A DNA stretch of 64,000 nucleotides from the human T2T-CHM13v2.0 reference genome, Homo sapiens: the NCBI RefSeq assembly GCF_009914755.1, contig NC_060929.1; one strand, given 5' to 3'. Position numbers and translations under genes: made by a program. The notes below the pieces were generated by a model. That model was given only the letters and a program-made list of their open reading frames with translations. It did no database searches and had not been told where the DNA came from. The number at the start of each line of letters is the position of its first letter. Within the stretch, counting starts at the first letter, position 1. Of the stretch, positions 62,783-64,000 are shown in pieces.

Positions 62783-64000
62783 ATATTAGGGACATTCGTT
62801 AATTACAGCTTTGTGTATAGTAAACACAAAATCATTTTGCAAAGAAACCTTCACTTGCTTTGTAAATTTGGATTTCTACGTAGTTATTTAGCAAACTTTT
62901 CTATGTTTTTAAAAAATATAAGAATAACTGGAGCTATTCTTCCCCTCTCCTTTTGAACAATTACACTGAGCAAATAAACCATATTAATCACAAAGTCTCT
63001 GTTGCTACAGAGTGCAGAGAGATCTGTTTGTTCAAAGTGATCAGGAAAAAATTAACTTGGAATACATATATTCTCTACGAAGGGAAGACATGTAAGGGAA
63101 ATTGTATTTATGAGTCTCTGACATAACACCATTAAGTTATTTTTAAACCTCACCTTGAATTACAAAGGTTGCATACATATTACCATTCTATTTTCAAACC
63201 AAATAAACTCACTGACATAAATTGCTACTTTGACCAGATATGGTAAATCTGATGATGGTCATGAAAATGATCTTTGAAATCTGTGCCATCAAGTTTTAAT
63301 AATTAATTTTCTGCCTACAACACATTGGCCAGAAGTACATATTATTATTAAGCACATCAAAACAAAATTATTTACAATATGCTTGTGTTTTCTGACCTTC
63401 ATGGAGTTTTCTTCAAAGGTTGTTAGTTTGCTGCTTAGAAAAGAATAACCTTGAAAGAGATATTGGGAGAGGATTGGGAAGACAAACTGATATTCCACCT
63501 AGATTTCCATGAATATCTTTCATGGTTGAGTACAATGCATACTACATCATACAATGTGCCCTTCAGATAAATATGCCTTATTTATGCATACTTGTGATGA
63601 GCAGGGTCCATCCCATCTTAACTGACTATTTTATTTTTTCCTTCAATTCTAAGCAGTGAAAAAGTGTGAGGAAACTGGCAGAGAGAGACAAAAAGTGCTA
63701 TGTAGATCCTTTTCAATATTTTAGGTGCTTATTTTCATTTTGCTCAGCATGGGCTAGGCTCATTCTCTCTGAAGCAGCAAGCTCTGAAGAGATCTGACAG
63801 TAGTAAAAAGAAAGGACATTTTAAAATAAGTACATATCCCTGCTTTCATGCTTTTGACAAGCTTGTAGAACCTGAGAGGAAGACCAATTTGCAGACCCAG
63901 GCTGGTACAACAACAAAAAATACACTTAGTCAAGAGAATTCTCATGCTTCCAAGAGAATACCTGATGGACCAAGATGAAACATAAATGCATATGACTACT

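Overview
AT-rich, CpG-poor, repeat-dense human-like (simian primate) genomic DNA, identified by AluJ/S/Y, L1PA/PB/MA/MB, Tigger1, MER4 and MLT1 elements. The window lies inside the GABA-A receptor beta-2 subunit gene (GABRB2) on the minus strand. Only one coding exon is present: the 221-nt exon [12 protein letters not shown]...VLYGL(R) at 44464-44684, normally numbered exon 4. The rest is flanking long intron, filled with transposable-element remnants, microsatellites and some unique sequence. I see no evidence of a new gene system. The best leads are RNA-level and mutational signals in the introns: a 35-bp-stem hairpin that pairs better on the transcribed strand, a candidate UG-repeat (TDP-43-type) cryptic exon, a candidate 33-nt in-frame microexon, a very young truncated AluY with three A>G changes, and a TSD-flanked L1MA whose RT domain is deleted. 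Repeat family calls come from remembered consensus sequences, not from a RepeatMasker run, so subfamilies and ends are approximate.
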